NCBI GenBank assembly: GCA_015233115.1 | Contig: JADFYJ010000012.1 | Location: 15,557 to 79,556, forward strand | Direction: 5' to 3' | DNA: 64,000 nucleotides | Origin: Candidatus Omnitrophota bacterium | Lineage (GTDB): Bacteria > Omnitrophota > Gorgyraeia > Zapsychrales > Zapsychraceae | In this document: positions 9,374 to 18,617 of the stretch, piece by piece | How positions within the stretch are numbered: position 1 is the stretch's first letter | How the letters are laid out: every line of letters begins with the position of its first letter | Notes under the pieces: generated by a model | Seen by the model: only the letters and a program-made list of their open reading frames with translations | Database searches by the model: none | What the model was told of the DNA's origin: nothing | Position numbers and translations under genes: made by a program

Positions 9374-10306
9374 TCAAGCCACACTCTTTAAATCATATCC
9401 CTGATCAGCCAAAGATGACAGGTCATCACGCCAATCTTTTTCCACTTTCACGAAACACTCCAGAAAAACTTTGGTTCCTAATAACTCTTCCAGTTCGATG
9501 CGTGCTTCCGTGCCGATTTTCTTCAGCAAACTGCCGCCTTTGCCAATGACTATTTCTTTTTGCGTTTCGCGTTCAACGATAATAAGCGCTTTAATGTGCG
9601 TGGTTTTGACCCGTTTCGGCTGGATGTGTTCGATCATGACCGCTAAAGAATGAGGCAGTTCATCGCGCATTTCATTAAATAATTTTTCCCGGATAATATC
9701 CGCGATAGCCCAGCGCTGGGGATAATCCGTGACGATATCTGCTGGATATAATGCCGGACCTTCTGGAAGAAGATCAAACACCAGTTCAATCAGTTTCTCC
9801 ACATTCGTCCCTTTTTCGCCGGACAAAGGCAAAAGCGTGATATTCGGCATGTCGCTCAAATTTTTACCCATAATTCTCTCAAAAAATTCAATATATTCGG
9901 GAATCCTCGCGCCTTTTTTGATGTCAATCTTATTCATGGCCAAAATAACCGGCCCCTTAACTTTTTTAATTTTTTCTGCCAGATATTCTTCTTCTTGACC
10001 GGTCTGCCGGGTCGTATCAACTAAATAGATTACCACATCCACGTCGGAAAAAGTGCCTTCCGAGGCCCGGTTCATATATTTATCCAGCTTATCCCGTCCG
10101 ATATGCAGACCCGGGGTATCAATAAAAACAATTTGGCCGCGTTCATCCGTTAATATGCCGCGGATTTGCTGGCGGGTCGTTTGCGGGATCTTAGAAACTA
10201 TCGAAACTTTCTCTTCGCATATACTGTTGAGCAATGTCGACTTGCCCGTATTCGGACGGCCTACGATTGAAACCATCCCGCATTTTATTTTTTTTTCTTC
10301 AGTCAT
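9374..10306 (-). CDS. era: GTPase Era
   Basis: GRPNTGKSTL, PQTTR, DTPG, NKID, KH domain VIGKGG; ATGA overlap with the upstream gene. Confidence 0.97.
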   Translation of the reverse strand: MTEEKKIKCGMVSIVGRPNTGKSTLLNSICEEKVSIVSKIPQTTRQQIRGILTDERGQIVFIDTPGLHIGRDKLDKYMNRASEGTFSDVDVVIYLVDTTRQTGQEEEYLAEKIKKVKGPVILAMNKIDIKKGARIPEYIEFFERIMGKNLSDMPNITLLPLSGEKGTNVEKLIELVFDLLPEGPALYPADIVTDYPQRWAIADIIREKLFNEMRDELPHSLAVMIEHIQPKRVKTTHIKALIIVERETQKEIVIGKGGSLLKKIGTEARIELEELLGTKVFLECFVKVEKDWRDDLSSLADQGYDLKSVA

Positions 10307-10569
10307 TTTCCCCACTTCCTATATTTTAATGTTGCAATAACAACGAACGTAAAAAATATCACATTCATGTAATTATATGTCCGCCAAACCATATCCGGAG
10401 AACGGAAACCCGCCGGAGCCATAAGAATAATACAGCCCCAAATCCCCAACGCCCACATCAGGCTAATATCTTCAGACGATTTCCGCTGGAACATTTTAAT
10501 AATCAACGGAATATTAAATAGAGGCATAGCCACTGCCGCGACAAAACCCATTTTTTCTATAAAATCCAT
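10303..10569 (-). CDS. SemiSWEET/PQ-loop-like small membrane protein
   Basis: 88 aa, 3 TM helices, KSSEDIS motif. Confidence 0.75.
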   Translation of the reverse strand: MDFIEKMGFVAAVAMPLFNIPLIIKMFQRKSSEDISLMWALGIWGCIILMAPAGFRSPDMVWRTYNYMNVIFFTFVVIATLKYRKWGK

Positions 10570-10605
10570 GCTTGCCCCCTTTTAATTAAACCTAAAGTTA
10601 CATTT

Positions 10606-10711
10606 AAAATTTTGCGAAATTGGCTTTTGTGTATTCCCGAGCGAGTTTCCTTGCCGCTTCGGCAAGGTTGTTTGAGCGAAGAATATACAAAAGTTAAATT
10701 CGTAAAATTTT
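10606..10711 (+). repeat. Structured repeat element, copy 2
   Basis: Core 44/46 identical to 4604-4649; a different ~31-bp outer stem. Confidence 0.85.
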
Positions 10712-10723
10712 ACTTCTGCCAAT

Positions 10724-11626
10724 TTAAGCTTTCATAAACGCAGCATAAATTTTCTTACGATTTTCTATGTCTTGCAACGTCAGCTTAGCCGTCTTTTCCA
10801 TCGCAAAACCTTCCACATTAAATGACGAGCACATCGTCGCGTAAATGAGAGCTTTGCGGATTTCCTTTTCATTAATTTTCTTCACTTTACTCAAATATCC
10901 CATCAAGCCGCCGGCAAACGTATCGCCCGCGCCAGTCGGATCCACAACTTTTTCAACCGGGAAAGCGGGAAAACCACACATAAAAGCTTTAGAATAAAAC
11001 AGCACACCATGTTCGCCCTTTTTAACCACGACGAATTTCGGGCCTAAAGCAGCTAAGGCTTTCGCGGCCTTGATTAAATTTGTTTCACCCGTAATATCCT
11101 GCGCTTCTTTATCATTCGCGACGAACAAATCAACCTTTTTAATCAATTTAATCAGCGCGTCTTTCTTAATATTAATCCACAGATTCATACTGTCTAAACC
11201 GACCAGCCTGGGCAATTTCATCAGCGATAAAAATTCATCCTGCACTTCCGGATCAATATTGCCTAAAAACACATTCGGAATATTTTTTTGCGCTTCGGAA
11301 ACTACCGGCTTATATTGTCCTAACACGCCTAATACTGTCGCGTGCGTGATAGCCGCGTTTAAATTCTCTTTTTTATATTCCCCATCCCATTGAAACGTTT
11401 CACCTTCATAAACGATAACCGATGAAATATCTATGCCTTTGGTTTTTAAAAAATTCCAGTACTTCTTCGGGAAATCCTTCCCTACATTCGCCGCAATCGA
11501 CACCTTCGTAAACAAGCTGGCGCTCATGGAAAAATGAGACGCTGACCCGCCTAACAATCCCCTTTTTTCTCCAGCCGGTGTTTTTAAATTATCTAAAGCC
11601 ACTGTCCCTGTAACAATTAAACTCAT
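10724..11626 (-). CDS. PfkB-family carbohydrate kinase
   Basis: GGSA, ANDKEA, KKGEHG, DPTGAGDTFAGG. Confidence 0.93.
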   Translation of the reverse strand: MSLIVTGTVALDNLKTPAGEKRGLLGGSASHFSMSASLFTKVSIAANVGKDFPKKYWNFLKTKGIDISSVIVYEGETFQWDGEYKKENLNAAITHATVLGVLGQYKPVVSEAQKNIPNVFLGNIDPEVQDEFLSLMKLPRLVGLDSMNLWINIKKDALIKLIKKVDLFVANDKEAQDITGETNLIKAAKALAALGPKFVVVKKGEHGVLFYSKAFMCGFPAFPVEKVVDPTGAGDTFAGGLMGYLSKVKKINEKEIRKALIYATMCSSFNVEGFAMEKTAKLTLQDIENRKKIYAAFMKA

Positions 11627-11660
11627 AAATAATCCTTTTCGCTTTGTTTGAATATCTTCG

Positions 11661-11745
11661 GTTGATGGTTTTTAGTTTTTGGTCAATGATCTCGTAATCA
11701 ATCGCTTTTCTCAGTTACTCTGTTATTCGCTCACTTTGTTACTTT
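11661..11745. repeat. Hybrid/degenerate repeat element (heptamer arm, CAATCGCTTTT, GTNAC octamer arm)
   Basis: GTTGATGGTTTTTAG.. then the motif at 11699, then GTTAC/GTTAT/CTCAC/GTTAC at 8-bp period overlapping the M48 stop. Confidence 0.6.
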
Positions 11746-12840
11746 AAATTTCTCCCCTACCGCAATTCTTTCTTTTAACGGCGGATGATCATAAAAAAAT
11801 AATTTTTCCATGAGCGATGGATTCTCTTTGGCTAAATTCATCTCTCCCAGTTTTTTCATAAGAGAAATAAAATCCGCCGGCTTTTGCGTCATGGTCAGGC
11901 AAAACAAATCCGCCTGCTTTTCCAAATACCGGCTGAAAGCGTTCAGCGGAATGGCCGTGGCCAAACTGAACACCACGAAGGCTACCGTGATCATGGGCAA
12001 AAACGCGATATCATCAATCCCCCTTAAATGAAAAGCCCCGACTGAATAATTCAAAAATAACGCAATCAAATAAAATCCCACAAAAATGACGATCCCGTTC
12101 ACGATCAACAATTTAAAAATATCCCGATGTACATAATGCCCTAATTCGTGAGCTACCACCGCCTCGATTTCATCAACAGTGTATTGGTTTACCAATGTGT
12201 CCCCTAACACGACCCGGCGGGTACGGCCTATGCCACAAACAAACGCGTTAGCTTTTTTAGTTTTTTGCGACATATCAATCATGTAAACATCTTGTAAAAA
12301 AACTTTACATTTCTTGAACATGTCAAAGATGCGATCCTTTAAAGACGCGTTATTGATCGGCACATATTTGTAAAAAATCGGAATAATAACATTCGGCGTG
12401 ATCTTGGCCATGATGACCGCCATAAAAACCCAAAATATCCACGCGCAGATCCACCAACCAGAAGGAAAATGTCTCAAGAAAAAATATACGACTTCCACCA
12501 AAACCACGACCATCACTAAACCTAATGCCGACTGTTTGAGATCATCCGTCCACCATTGAAAAAAATTTTGGTTAGATAACTGAAATTTGTGTTCCCAGAT
12601 ATATCCGAGGAAGAAATTAAGCGGAAGATGCAAAAGATATAACAGTGACGAGAATAAAAAAACATACAGCCCATTCGCGATCCAAAAGTTGGACGATATG
12701 ACAAAAGTCCAATTACGGACGGTCAAACTCCAGCCCGCAAAGAAAAAAATCATTAAAAACGCGAAATCCAAAAATAACCCGGAAAAAAACATCCGGTTTT
12801 TAACGCGATGATATTGATCAGATCGAGCCGCTGGCATCAT
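11731..12840 (-). CDS. M48 family (Ste24-like) membrane zinc peptidase
   Basis: ANAFVCG, VVLGDTL, HELGH, EKQAD, HPPLKER; multiple TMs. Confidence 0.95.
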   Translation of the reverse strand: MMPAARSDQYHRVKNRMFFSGLFLDFAFLMIFFFAGWSLTVRNWTFVISSNFWIANGLYVFLFSSLLYLLHLPLNFFLGYIWEHKFQLSNQNFFQWWTDDLKQSALGLVMVVVLVEVVYFFLRHFPSGWWICAWIFWVFMAVIMAKITPNVIIPIFYKYVPINNASLKDRIFDMFKKCKVFLQDVYMIDMSQKTKKANAFVCGIGRTRRVVLGDTLVNQYTVDEIEAVVAHELGHYVHRDIFKLLIVNGIVIFVGFYLIALFLNYSVGAFHLRGIDDIAFLPMITVAFVVFSLATAIPLNAFSRYLEKQADLFCLTMTQKPADFISLMKKLGEMNLAKENPSLMEKLFFYDHPPLKERIAVGEKFKVTK

Positions 12841-13253
12841 ATATCGGTTGAATCCTCGACCATAATCTTATTTTTCAACCCACCTAAATAAGACTGGAAT
12901 CTATAATCTTTACGCAAATTATGCAAGTCTTCATCTTCTTGTAAAAAAGCAAAATCATCATACCCGCAAAGAATCGCCTTTTTAATGGTCTCAAGCGCCA
13001 AATCCACATAATTGAGCAATGAATAACTGCACGCTAAATTATAAAGGATATACGCGTCATCTGACCGCAATAAAGCCAGTTTCTCGTCAATCTTGAGACC
13101 CGCTTCAAACTCACCACTGAGCGTATAAACATCGCCGAGCGCGATCAGCGCCTCAATAAAATCAGGGGTTCTCTGCAATATCCCCTCATAAAACTTTTTT
13201 TCAAACTCGACGGCCTTTTTCTTCATTCCTCGTGCCATAACAGCCTCCACCAT
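12837..13253 (-). CDS. TPR-like protein
   Basis: ALIALGDVY, YNLACSYSL, C-terminal DEDLHNLR. Confidence 0.75.
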   Translation of the reverse strand: MVEAVMARGMKKKAVEFEKKFYEGILQRTPDFIEALIALGDVYTLSGEFEAGLKIDEKLALLRSDDAYILYNLACSYSLLNYVDLALETIKKAILCGYDDFAFLQEDEDLHNLRKDYRFQSYLGGLKNKIMVEDSTDI

Positions 13254-14408
13254 TTATTTTAAAAACTTTTTAACCCGCGCCATCGCTTCTTTAAGAGCTT
13301 CAAAACTCGACGCGTAAGAAATACGAACATGTCCTTCTGCCGACGGGCCAAATGCCACACCCGGCACCAATGCTACTTTTTGTTCCTTAAGCAACTCCTG
13401 GGCAAAATCAATGGATGTCATAGATGTTTTTTTAATCGACGGAAAAGCATAAAACGCTCCTTGCGGCATATGACACTCCAGGCCCATTTCATTCAAAGAA
13501 TCAACGATAAATTGACGGCGGCGCTTGTATTCCGTCTTCATGGCCGCCACACTTTTATGGCCATTCACCAATGCTTCTTCCGCAGCCATCTGCCCATTAA
13601 TCGGCGCGCACAAGATAGTGTACTGATGAATCTTGGTCATACCCGCAATGACATTTTCCGGGCCGCACGCGAACCCGATCCTAAAACCAGTCATAGCGTA
13701 TGCCTTAGAAAAACCATTCATATAAATAACCCGCTCTTTCATTCCCGGCAAGGTAGCCAAAGGCACATGGTCAAAATCATACGTCAGATCATCATAAACC
13801 TCATCGCTGATTACCACCACATTGTTTTTTTTAATAACTTTAACTAAAGCCTCCAACTCTTTGCGGTTATATGACGCTCCGGTCGGATTAGACGGATAGT
13901 TGATCATCAAATATTTAATGCCCTCTTTTTTACAGATCTGGTCTAATTCTGCTGGCAGCATTTTAAAATGATTTTTTGTTTGAGTGACCATGCGGATCAC
14001 CCGGCCGCCTGCCATGTCAGCCAAAGGAGCGTAGGACACATAACAAGGCTCAGGCACTAGCACCTTATCACCCGGATTAATCAGAGTCCGCCAAGCTAAA
14101 TCAAGGCCTTCGCTGACGCCAACCGTAATCAATATTTCGGTTTCCGGATCATAGACCAAATCGAATTTGTGCTTCAAAAAATGCGCGATTTGTTTGCGGA
14201 GCGAGATTAATCCCTTATTCGACGTATAAGACGTATACCCTTCTTCATAAGCTGTAATCGCCTTTTCCCGTATGTTCCACGGCGTCACAAAATCAGGTTC
14301 ACCCACGCCAAGGGAAATAACATCTTTCATCCCCAGAACCAAATCAAAAAATGCCCTGATCCCCGAAGGGGCCATGTCATCCACTTTTTTAGAAATCTGT
14401 ATTTTCAT
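13254..14408 (-). CDS. Class I/II PLP aminotransferase (AlaT/YugH-like)
   Basis: GVGEPDF, NYPSNPTG, SDEVY, GFSKAYAMTGFRIG. Confidence 0.95.
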   Translation of the reverse strand: MKIQISKKVDDMAPSGIRAFFDLVLGMKDVISLGVGEPDFVTPWNIREKAITAYEEGYTSYTSNKGLISLRKQIAHFLKHKFDLVYDPETEILITVGVSEGLDLAWRTLINPGDKVLVPEPCYVSYAPLADMAGGRVIRMVTQTKNHFKMLPAELDQICKKEGIKYLMINYPSNPTGASYNRKELEALVKVIKKNNVVVISDEVYDDLTYDFDHVPLATLPGMKERVIYMNGFSKAYAMTGFRIGFACGPENVIAGMTKIHQYTILCAPINGQMAAEEALVNGHKSVAAMKTEYKRRRQFIVDSLNEMGLECHMPQGAFYAFPSIKKTSMTSIDFAQELLKEQKVALVPGVAFGPSAEGHVRISYASSFEALKEAMARVKKFLK

Positions 14409-14419
14409 AATATTTTATA

Positions 14420-14599
14420 GTGACCGAGTAACAGAGTAACCGAGTAACAAAGAAAAAGCTTAAAAACCAAAATGAAACAAAAAAATAATTAAAAAACACA
14501 AACAATAAAATCTCTAATTTTTTTACATTTAAATTCTTTATCGTCAATCGTTTTTCTCTGTCACTCGGTTACTCGGTTACTCGGTTACTTTGTTACTTG
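14420..14599. repeat. Inverted octamer-arm element (GTAACCGA x4 ... TCGGTTAC x5)
   Basis: Arms at 14420-14451 and 14557-14599; CAATCGTTTTT at 14545. Confidence 0.9.
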
Positions 14600-14601
14600 T
14601 T

Positions 14602-15087
14602 TTAATATGATATATTTAACCTTTTGCTCGTTTCTTTTTGCTTAAGCACGTGGCCGTCTTCTTTGTATTTTTTCAAAAGAAAATGCGTAGCCGTGCCGCG
14701 CACATTTTCCATAGGAGAAAGCTTCGACGCAATAAAGTTAGAGACTTTTTGAATATTTTCTCCCTCGACAATCAACAATAAATCATACGTCCCAGATACC
14801 AAATAGCAGCTCACCACTTCCGGAAAACTATAAATCCTTTCCGCGATATGATCAAACCCTACATCCTTTTGAGGAGTAACACTGACTTCTATTAAAGCGC
14901 GTACAAACGAATTGGATTCGCGCACTAAATCATGATTGATCAAAGTTTTGTACTGAACAATCACGCCGCTTTGTTCATATTTCTTAATCGCTTTTTGCAC
15001 CGCATCTTTTGATTTGCCGGTCATTTTCGCGATCTCGACCGGAGTCACGCGAGCGTCACCTGCCAATATGTCTAGTATTTCATCCAT
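14602..15087 (-). CDS. Lrp/AsnC family regulator (AlaR/YugG-like)
   Basis: MDEILDIL..DAR HTH, YLVSGTYDL, THFLLKKYKEDG; directly upstream of the aminotransferase. Confidence 0.92.
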   Translation of the reverse strand: MDEILDILAGDARVTPVEIAKMTGKSKDAVQKAIKKYEQSGVIVQYKTLINHDLVRESNSFVRALIEVSVTPQKDVGFDHIAERIYSFPEVVSCYLVSGTYDLLLIVEGENIQKVSNFIASKLSPMENVRGTATHFLLKKYKEDGHVLKQKETSKRLNISY

Positions 15088-15097
15088 AAAATCTCCA

Positions 15098-16048
15098 TTA
15101 TCTTTTTTTCCGTTGAATAATTTCTTCACGTAAAAGCTGATTTTCTTTATCCAGCGCAATAATCTGTTCAACCAAAGCCTGATGGGACTTTTGCTGTTCT
15201 ATGGTATTCCGGACTGCTCCATCTAAATCCGAGTAGTCCCGTTCTAAGCCCTGCACTTCCAATTGCAAATCTTTTTTTTGTTTTTCTTTCTCCATCCTCT
15301 GTCTATCTATCTCCACCAAACGTTCATCTTTAAACGAAACTTTATCCTGTCTCGACACTTGTTGTTTTTGATCAATCAAATCCGCGTATTCTTTTTCCAA
15401 ATCTCCGATATCACCCGCCATTTTTTCTGCCGCCCCCAAAGCATCCCCGCGTTTACTTTCCCAATCATTAATCTCTAAAAGCACTTTCTTTTCTTTGTCT
15501 TTATAATCATCCAACTTGGCCCGCAAATCATTGACTTCAGCCGTACGCTCATGTTTTTTATTTTGAAGTCCCAATTCATTAATTTTGATATCCAATTCCA
15601 GCTTGCGTTTTTCATATTGTAAGTCAGCAAATTTCAATTTTAAAACCCGAGTCTCTTCTTCCAAATCCAGCATTTGTTTCTTTAAAGCCAAATTTTTTGC
15701 CTGATGAACCATCACATCATTCTCAACCGTGGCCACTTGTTTCCGGTATTCCGCAATCTTCTCTGTTTCCTGCGCCTGCATCGCCCGGATCACTTCCGAG
15801 GTTTCGGCCGAAGTTTGAGAATTTTTTTTAACGTCGGAAATTTGTTGCTCCAATGCGGCTTTTTGCTGCATCACTTGATCATATTCAGCTTGAAGTTTAT
15901 GATTCGCGGTTAAAGCAGCGCTGGATTTTTCTTTCAAAACCGTGATCGCGCGTAAAATCGAGCCATCCGGAACAGACTGCGCCCAAAGCGGCGAAGAACT
16001 GGCGCAAAAAATCGTAAATATAAATATTTTATATAATTTACATTTCAT
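15098..16048 (-). CDS. Exported coiled-coil protein
   Basis: Signal peptide (..SSPLWA/Q) followed by a long heptad-rich helix. Confidence 0.75.
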   Translation of the reverse strand: MKCKLYKIFIFTIFCASSSPLWAQSVPDGSILRAITVLKEKSSAALTANHKLQAEYDQVMQQKAALEQQISDVKKNSQTSAETSEVIRAMQAQETEKIAEYRKQVATVENDVMVHQAKNLALKKQMLDLEEETRVLKLKFADLQYEKRKLELDIKINELGLQNKKHERTAEVNDLRAKLDDYKDKEKKVLLEINDWESKRGDALGAAEKMAGDIGDLEKEYADLIDQKQQVSRQDKVSFKDERLVEIDRQRMEKEKQKKDLQLEVQGLERDYSDLDGAVRNTIEQQKSHQALVEQIIALDKENQLLREEIIQRKKR

Positions 16049-16105
16049 ATGAACAAATATTATACAGACTCAACCGCTTTTGGGCAAGTTAAATGAGCCG
16101 TGAGC

Positions 16106-17068
16106 TCATCTCTCCATATAGACCACATTTTCCGCAGTGAATATCGCGGTGTGGCGTGAAGGAACGCGCGTTTTTTTGCGCAAAGTATATGAGGGAACCA
16201 TTAAAACCGGGCGGAAAGATTCTTTGGTGGCTGTGAGATTCGGTATACCCGTATCATCCATCGCGTTCAATAATTTATATGGACGGACTTGTGCATCATT
16301 ACAAAATTCACGGAAAATATACGTCGGTAAACCCTTCATGGAAAGATCAGCCACTTCTAGAACTACGCAAAACATATCCTTGGTCAATGGGTACCCAAAA
16401 GTATACGCACAAATTTTACCTTCCACCTTAACGACTCGCCCTACCATCCCTAACAACTCAAAATTTTCAAAAACCGTTTTATTGACAGTAATATTTTCCT
16501 CCAGCATCAAATTATACAAATCATCCTGACCTGTTGAACCACGCTCCTCGGTCCAGTCCCGCAATAATTTCAGGCATTCGCCGGACATGGATTTTTCATA
16601 CGGCAAAAATTGACAAGACGGATAAACATTCACAAAGCGATTATATTCTGACCGTTTGGATTTATATCTATTCCCGACCAAACCGGCGATATCTTCCGTC
16701 CGGTAACAATATTCTTTTAATTTCAAAGACTGTTCATGTTTTTCCGGAGCAGAGCCGTAAGTCATGCCAATGCCCACATTTTCAATCCGGGTCACAGTTT
16801 TGTCTGTATTGCGCTCATTCATAATGCGAAAACAAGTTTTAATGGCTTCCGGATTGGGGGATGAGGCTAAAGGCGGAAAATATAAAAATGATCCCATATT
16901 ATTTTTCGCAAACACGCACAAACTTTCTTTAATGATTCTGAAATCAAACGCGAAGAAATCTTTCCATAAAAATAAATTCACAAACGACAAAGCCGATAAA
17001 TAATGCGGCTTACGCTGTAAATAAGTATTGATTAACGCGCGTTTTGAAAGTAAATCGTCGGTTGACAT
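16106..17068 (-). CDS. DUF2156 / aminoacyl-PG synthase C-terminal-like protein
   Basis: SFVNLFLW, L.G.RYKSKR, EVAD, N..DD.GIPNL..TK.S.RP pattern. Confidence 0.8.
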   Translation of the reverse strand: MSTDDLLSKRALINTYLQRKPHYLSALSFVNLFLWKDFFAFDFRIIKESLCVFAKNNMGSFLYFPPLASSPNPEAIKTCFRIMNERNTDKTVTRIENVGIGMTYGSAPEKHEQSLKLKEYCYRTEDIAGLVGNRYKSKRSEYNRFVNVYPSCQFLPYEKSMSGECLKLLRDWTEERGSTGQDDLYNLMLEENITVNKTVFENFELLGMVGRVVKVEGKICAYTFGYPLTKDMFCVVLEVADLSMKGLPTYIFREFCNDAQVRPYKLLNAMDDTGIPNLTATKESFRPVLMVPSYTLRKKTRVPSRHTAIFTAENVVYMER

Positions 17069-17193
17069 TTAAACCCCTATATTGCGTTATTCAAAGTTTT
17101 TGTTTGACTCCCGACGCATCGTTATGCATGCTCCGGCTTGGGTTTAACCCCGCAGGTTTGATTAAATCTCGGCAAGATTTAATCATGCGGTGG

Positions 17194-17685
17194 CTAGATG
17201 TTCACCTCAAACAAGTCTTCGAATTCTTCTTGATATCCCGGATAATCACCGGCCAAATGTTTATTTTGTTTTACAAAATTTTTTACGTCTGGTTTACTAA
17301 AAAATTCACGCAATTGCTTTTCATAATCCGCGAATTTTTGTGAATGCCGATACTCGACGACCATCGGGCAGCTCAGGTGAATACTCACCATCACTTTTTC
17401 GCCCCGCTTCATTAAAACGCACGGGTAAACCTGACATTCAAACGGCCGTGACGTGTAAATCGCGCAATAATGCTCATCCTTTTCCAGGCACACGCACAAA
17501 TGTTTTCCGTCGGATTCATCCGCCTTGATGTACGAACGGCCGTCTATCCGCTCAGCGCCGATGGCCTTAATCTCAACCTCGCCGCAACGCGGGCGCCAGC
17601 AACTGTCTTTTTCATAAAAACGGCAACAGCCATCACACTTTAAACATACATCAGATACCGCAAATGAAGGCACCCCTTCCAACAT
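17194..17685 (-). CDS. YkgJ-family cysteine cluster protein
   Basis: CxxCxxCC ... CVCL ... CAIYTSRPFECQVYP. Confidence 0.85.
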   Translation of the reverse strand: MLEGVPSFAVSDVCLKCDGCCRFYEKDSCWRPRCGEVEIKAIGAERIDGRSYIKADESDGKHLCVCLEKDEHYCAIYTSRPFECQVYPCVLMKRGEKVMVSIHLSCPMVVEYRHSQKFADYEKQLREFFSKPDVKNFVKQNKHLAGDYPGYQEEFEDLFEVNI

Positions 17686-17811
17686 GAATTCTCCCTTACA
17701 CTTTATTTATATTTCAATTTAAAACAAAATCTATAAAAAATTAATATATTTTTAACAAACAGGCAAATAGTTATAAAAGGCGATAGGCCATAGACGATAG
17801 GTTTAAAAAAA

Positions 17812-18132
17812 TTAACTAACTCTACTTCCTAATGCCACCGGGCGTTCGATTGTTAATACGGATAATTGTTCCGTGTCTTTTACGGCTAAAAGCATGCCCT
17901 GCGATTCTTCTCCGCGTAATAGGGCAGGTTGTAAATTTTTAACCACCACCACTTTTTTGCCCACCAATTCTTCTTTAGTATAGAACTTACGGATCCCCGC
18001 CACAATCTGCCGTTTTTCTTCGCCTAAATCGACGAGCAATACATAAAGCCGGTCCGCGTTCGGGTGATCCTTGACTTCCAACACCTGCCCGAGAGCCAGC
18101 TCAACTTTCGCGAAATCTTCAATAGTAATCAT
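17812..18132 (-). CDS. Stand-alone tRNA-binding OB-fold protein (MetRS C-terminal/Trbp111/CsaA-like)
   Basis: MITIEDFAKVEL, HPNADRL, RQIVAGI, NLQPA..RG.ESQGM; start moved to ATG 18132. Confidence 0.92.
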   Translation of the reverse strand: MITIEDFAKVELALGQVLEVKDHPNADRLYVLLVDLGEEKRQIVAGIRKFYTKEELVGKKVVVVKNLQPALLRGEESQGMLLAVKDTEQLSVLTIERPVALGSRVS

Positions 18133-18150
18133 ATTGTTCCTTTTGTAACG

Positions 18151-18407
18151 TATGTAGCATGTAGTATGTGGTATGTAGTAAAAAAATAAAATCCAAAAAC
18201 GAAAACAGCAAAAACAATACAGCTTAAAGATTTTTAAAAGATGAAATGTAGCACGCAAAAACTAAAATGTAAAATAAAAATTTTTATCTAAAAATATCAA
18301 AAAATATATTTAATTTTTTTAAAACAGGAAGCCCCGTAAATTACCGCTACGCCTTTTAAACCAATCAATTTTTTTACCACATACCACCTGCCACATACGA
18401 CATACTA
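18151..18407. repeat. Inverted heptamer-arm element (TATGTAG x4 ... CCACATA x4)
   Basis: Arms at 18151-18178 and 18377-18407 around a ~200-bp A-rich spacer. Confidence 0.85.
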
Positions 18408-18415
18408 TTTTTATT

Positions 18416-18598
18416 TTAGCCCCTTGGAGCGTGCGGATCGTTCAAAGGGTGCCGTCGAGAATCTAAGAAAGGATCAACTATTTTCATCTTCAAATGAATA
18501 AAAAATTTCAGAACATGAAAAAGCACGATCGCGGCAAGGGCCAATAATGTGACCGCGACACTGGCGAGACTTAATAAAATTTTGATTAGAGTGGTCAT
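18416..18598 (-). CDS. Small single-TM hypothetical protein
   Basis: 60 aa with one long hydrophobic helix; follows the radical SAM gene. Confidence 0.55.
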   Translation of the reverse strand: MTTLIKILLSLASVAVTLLALAAIVLFHVLKFFIHLKMKIVDPFLDSRRHPLNDPHAPRG

Positions 18599-18617
18599 TT
18601 GTTTTTTTCCAATATTA

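Noticed and set aside
7640-18407. Short repeat arrays as CRISPR
   Set aside because: Units are 7-8 bp and contiguous with no unique spacers; no cas genes
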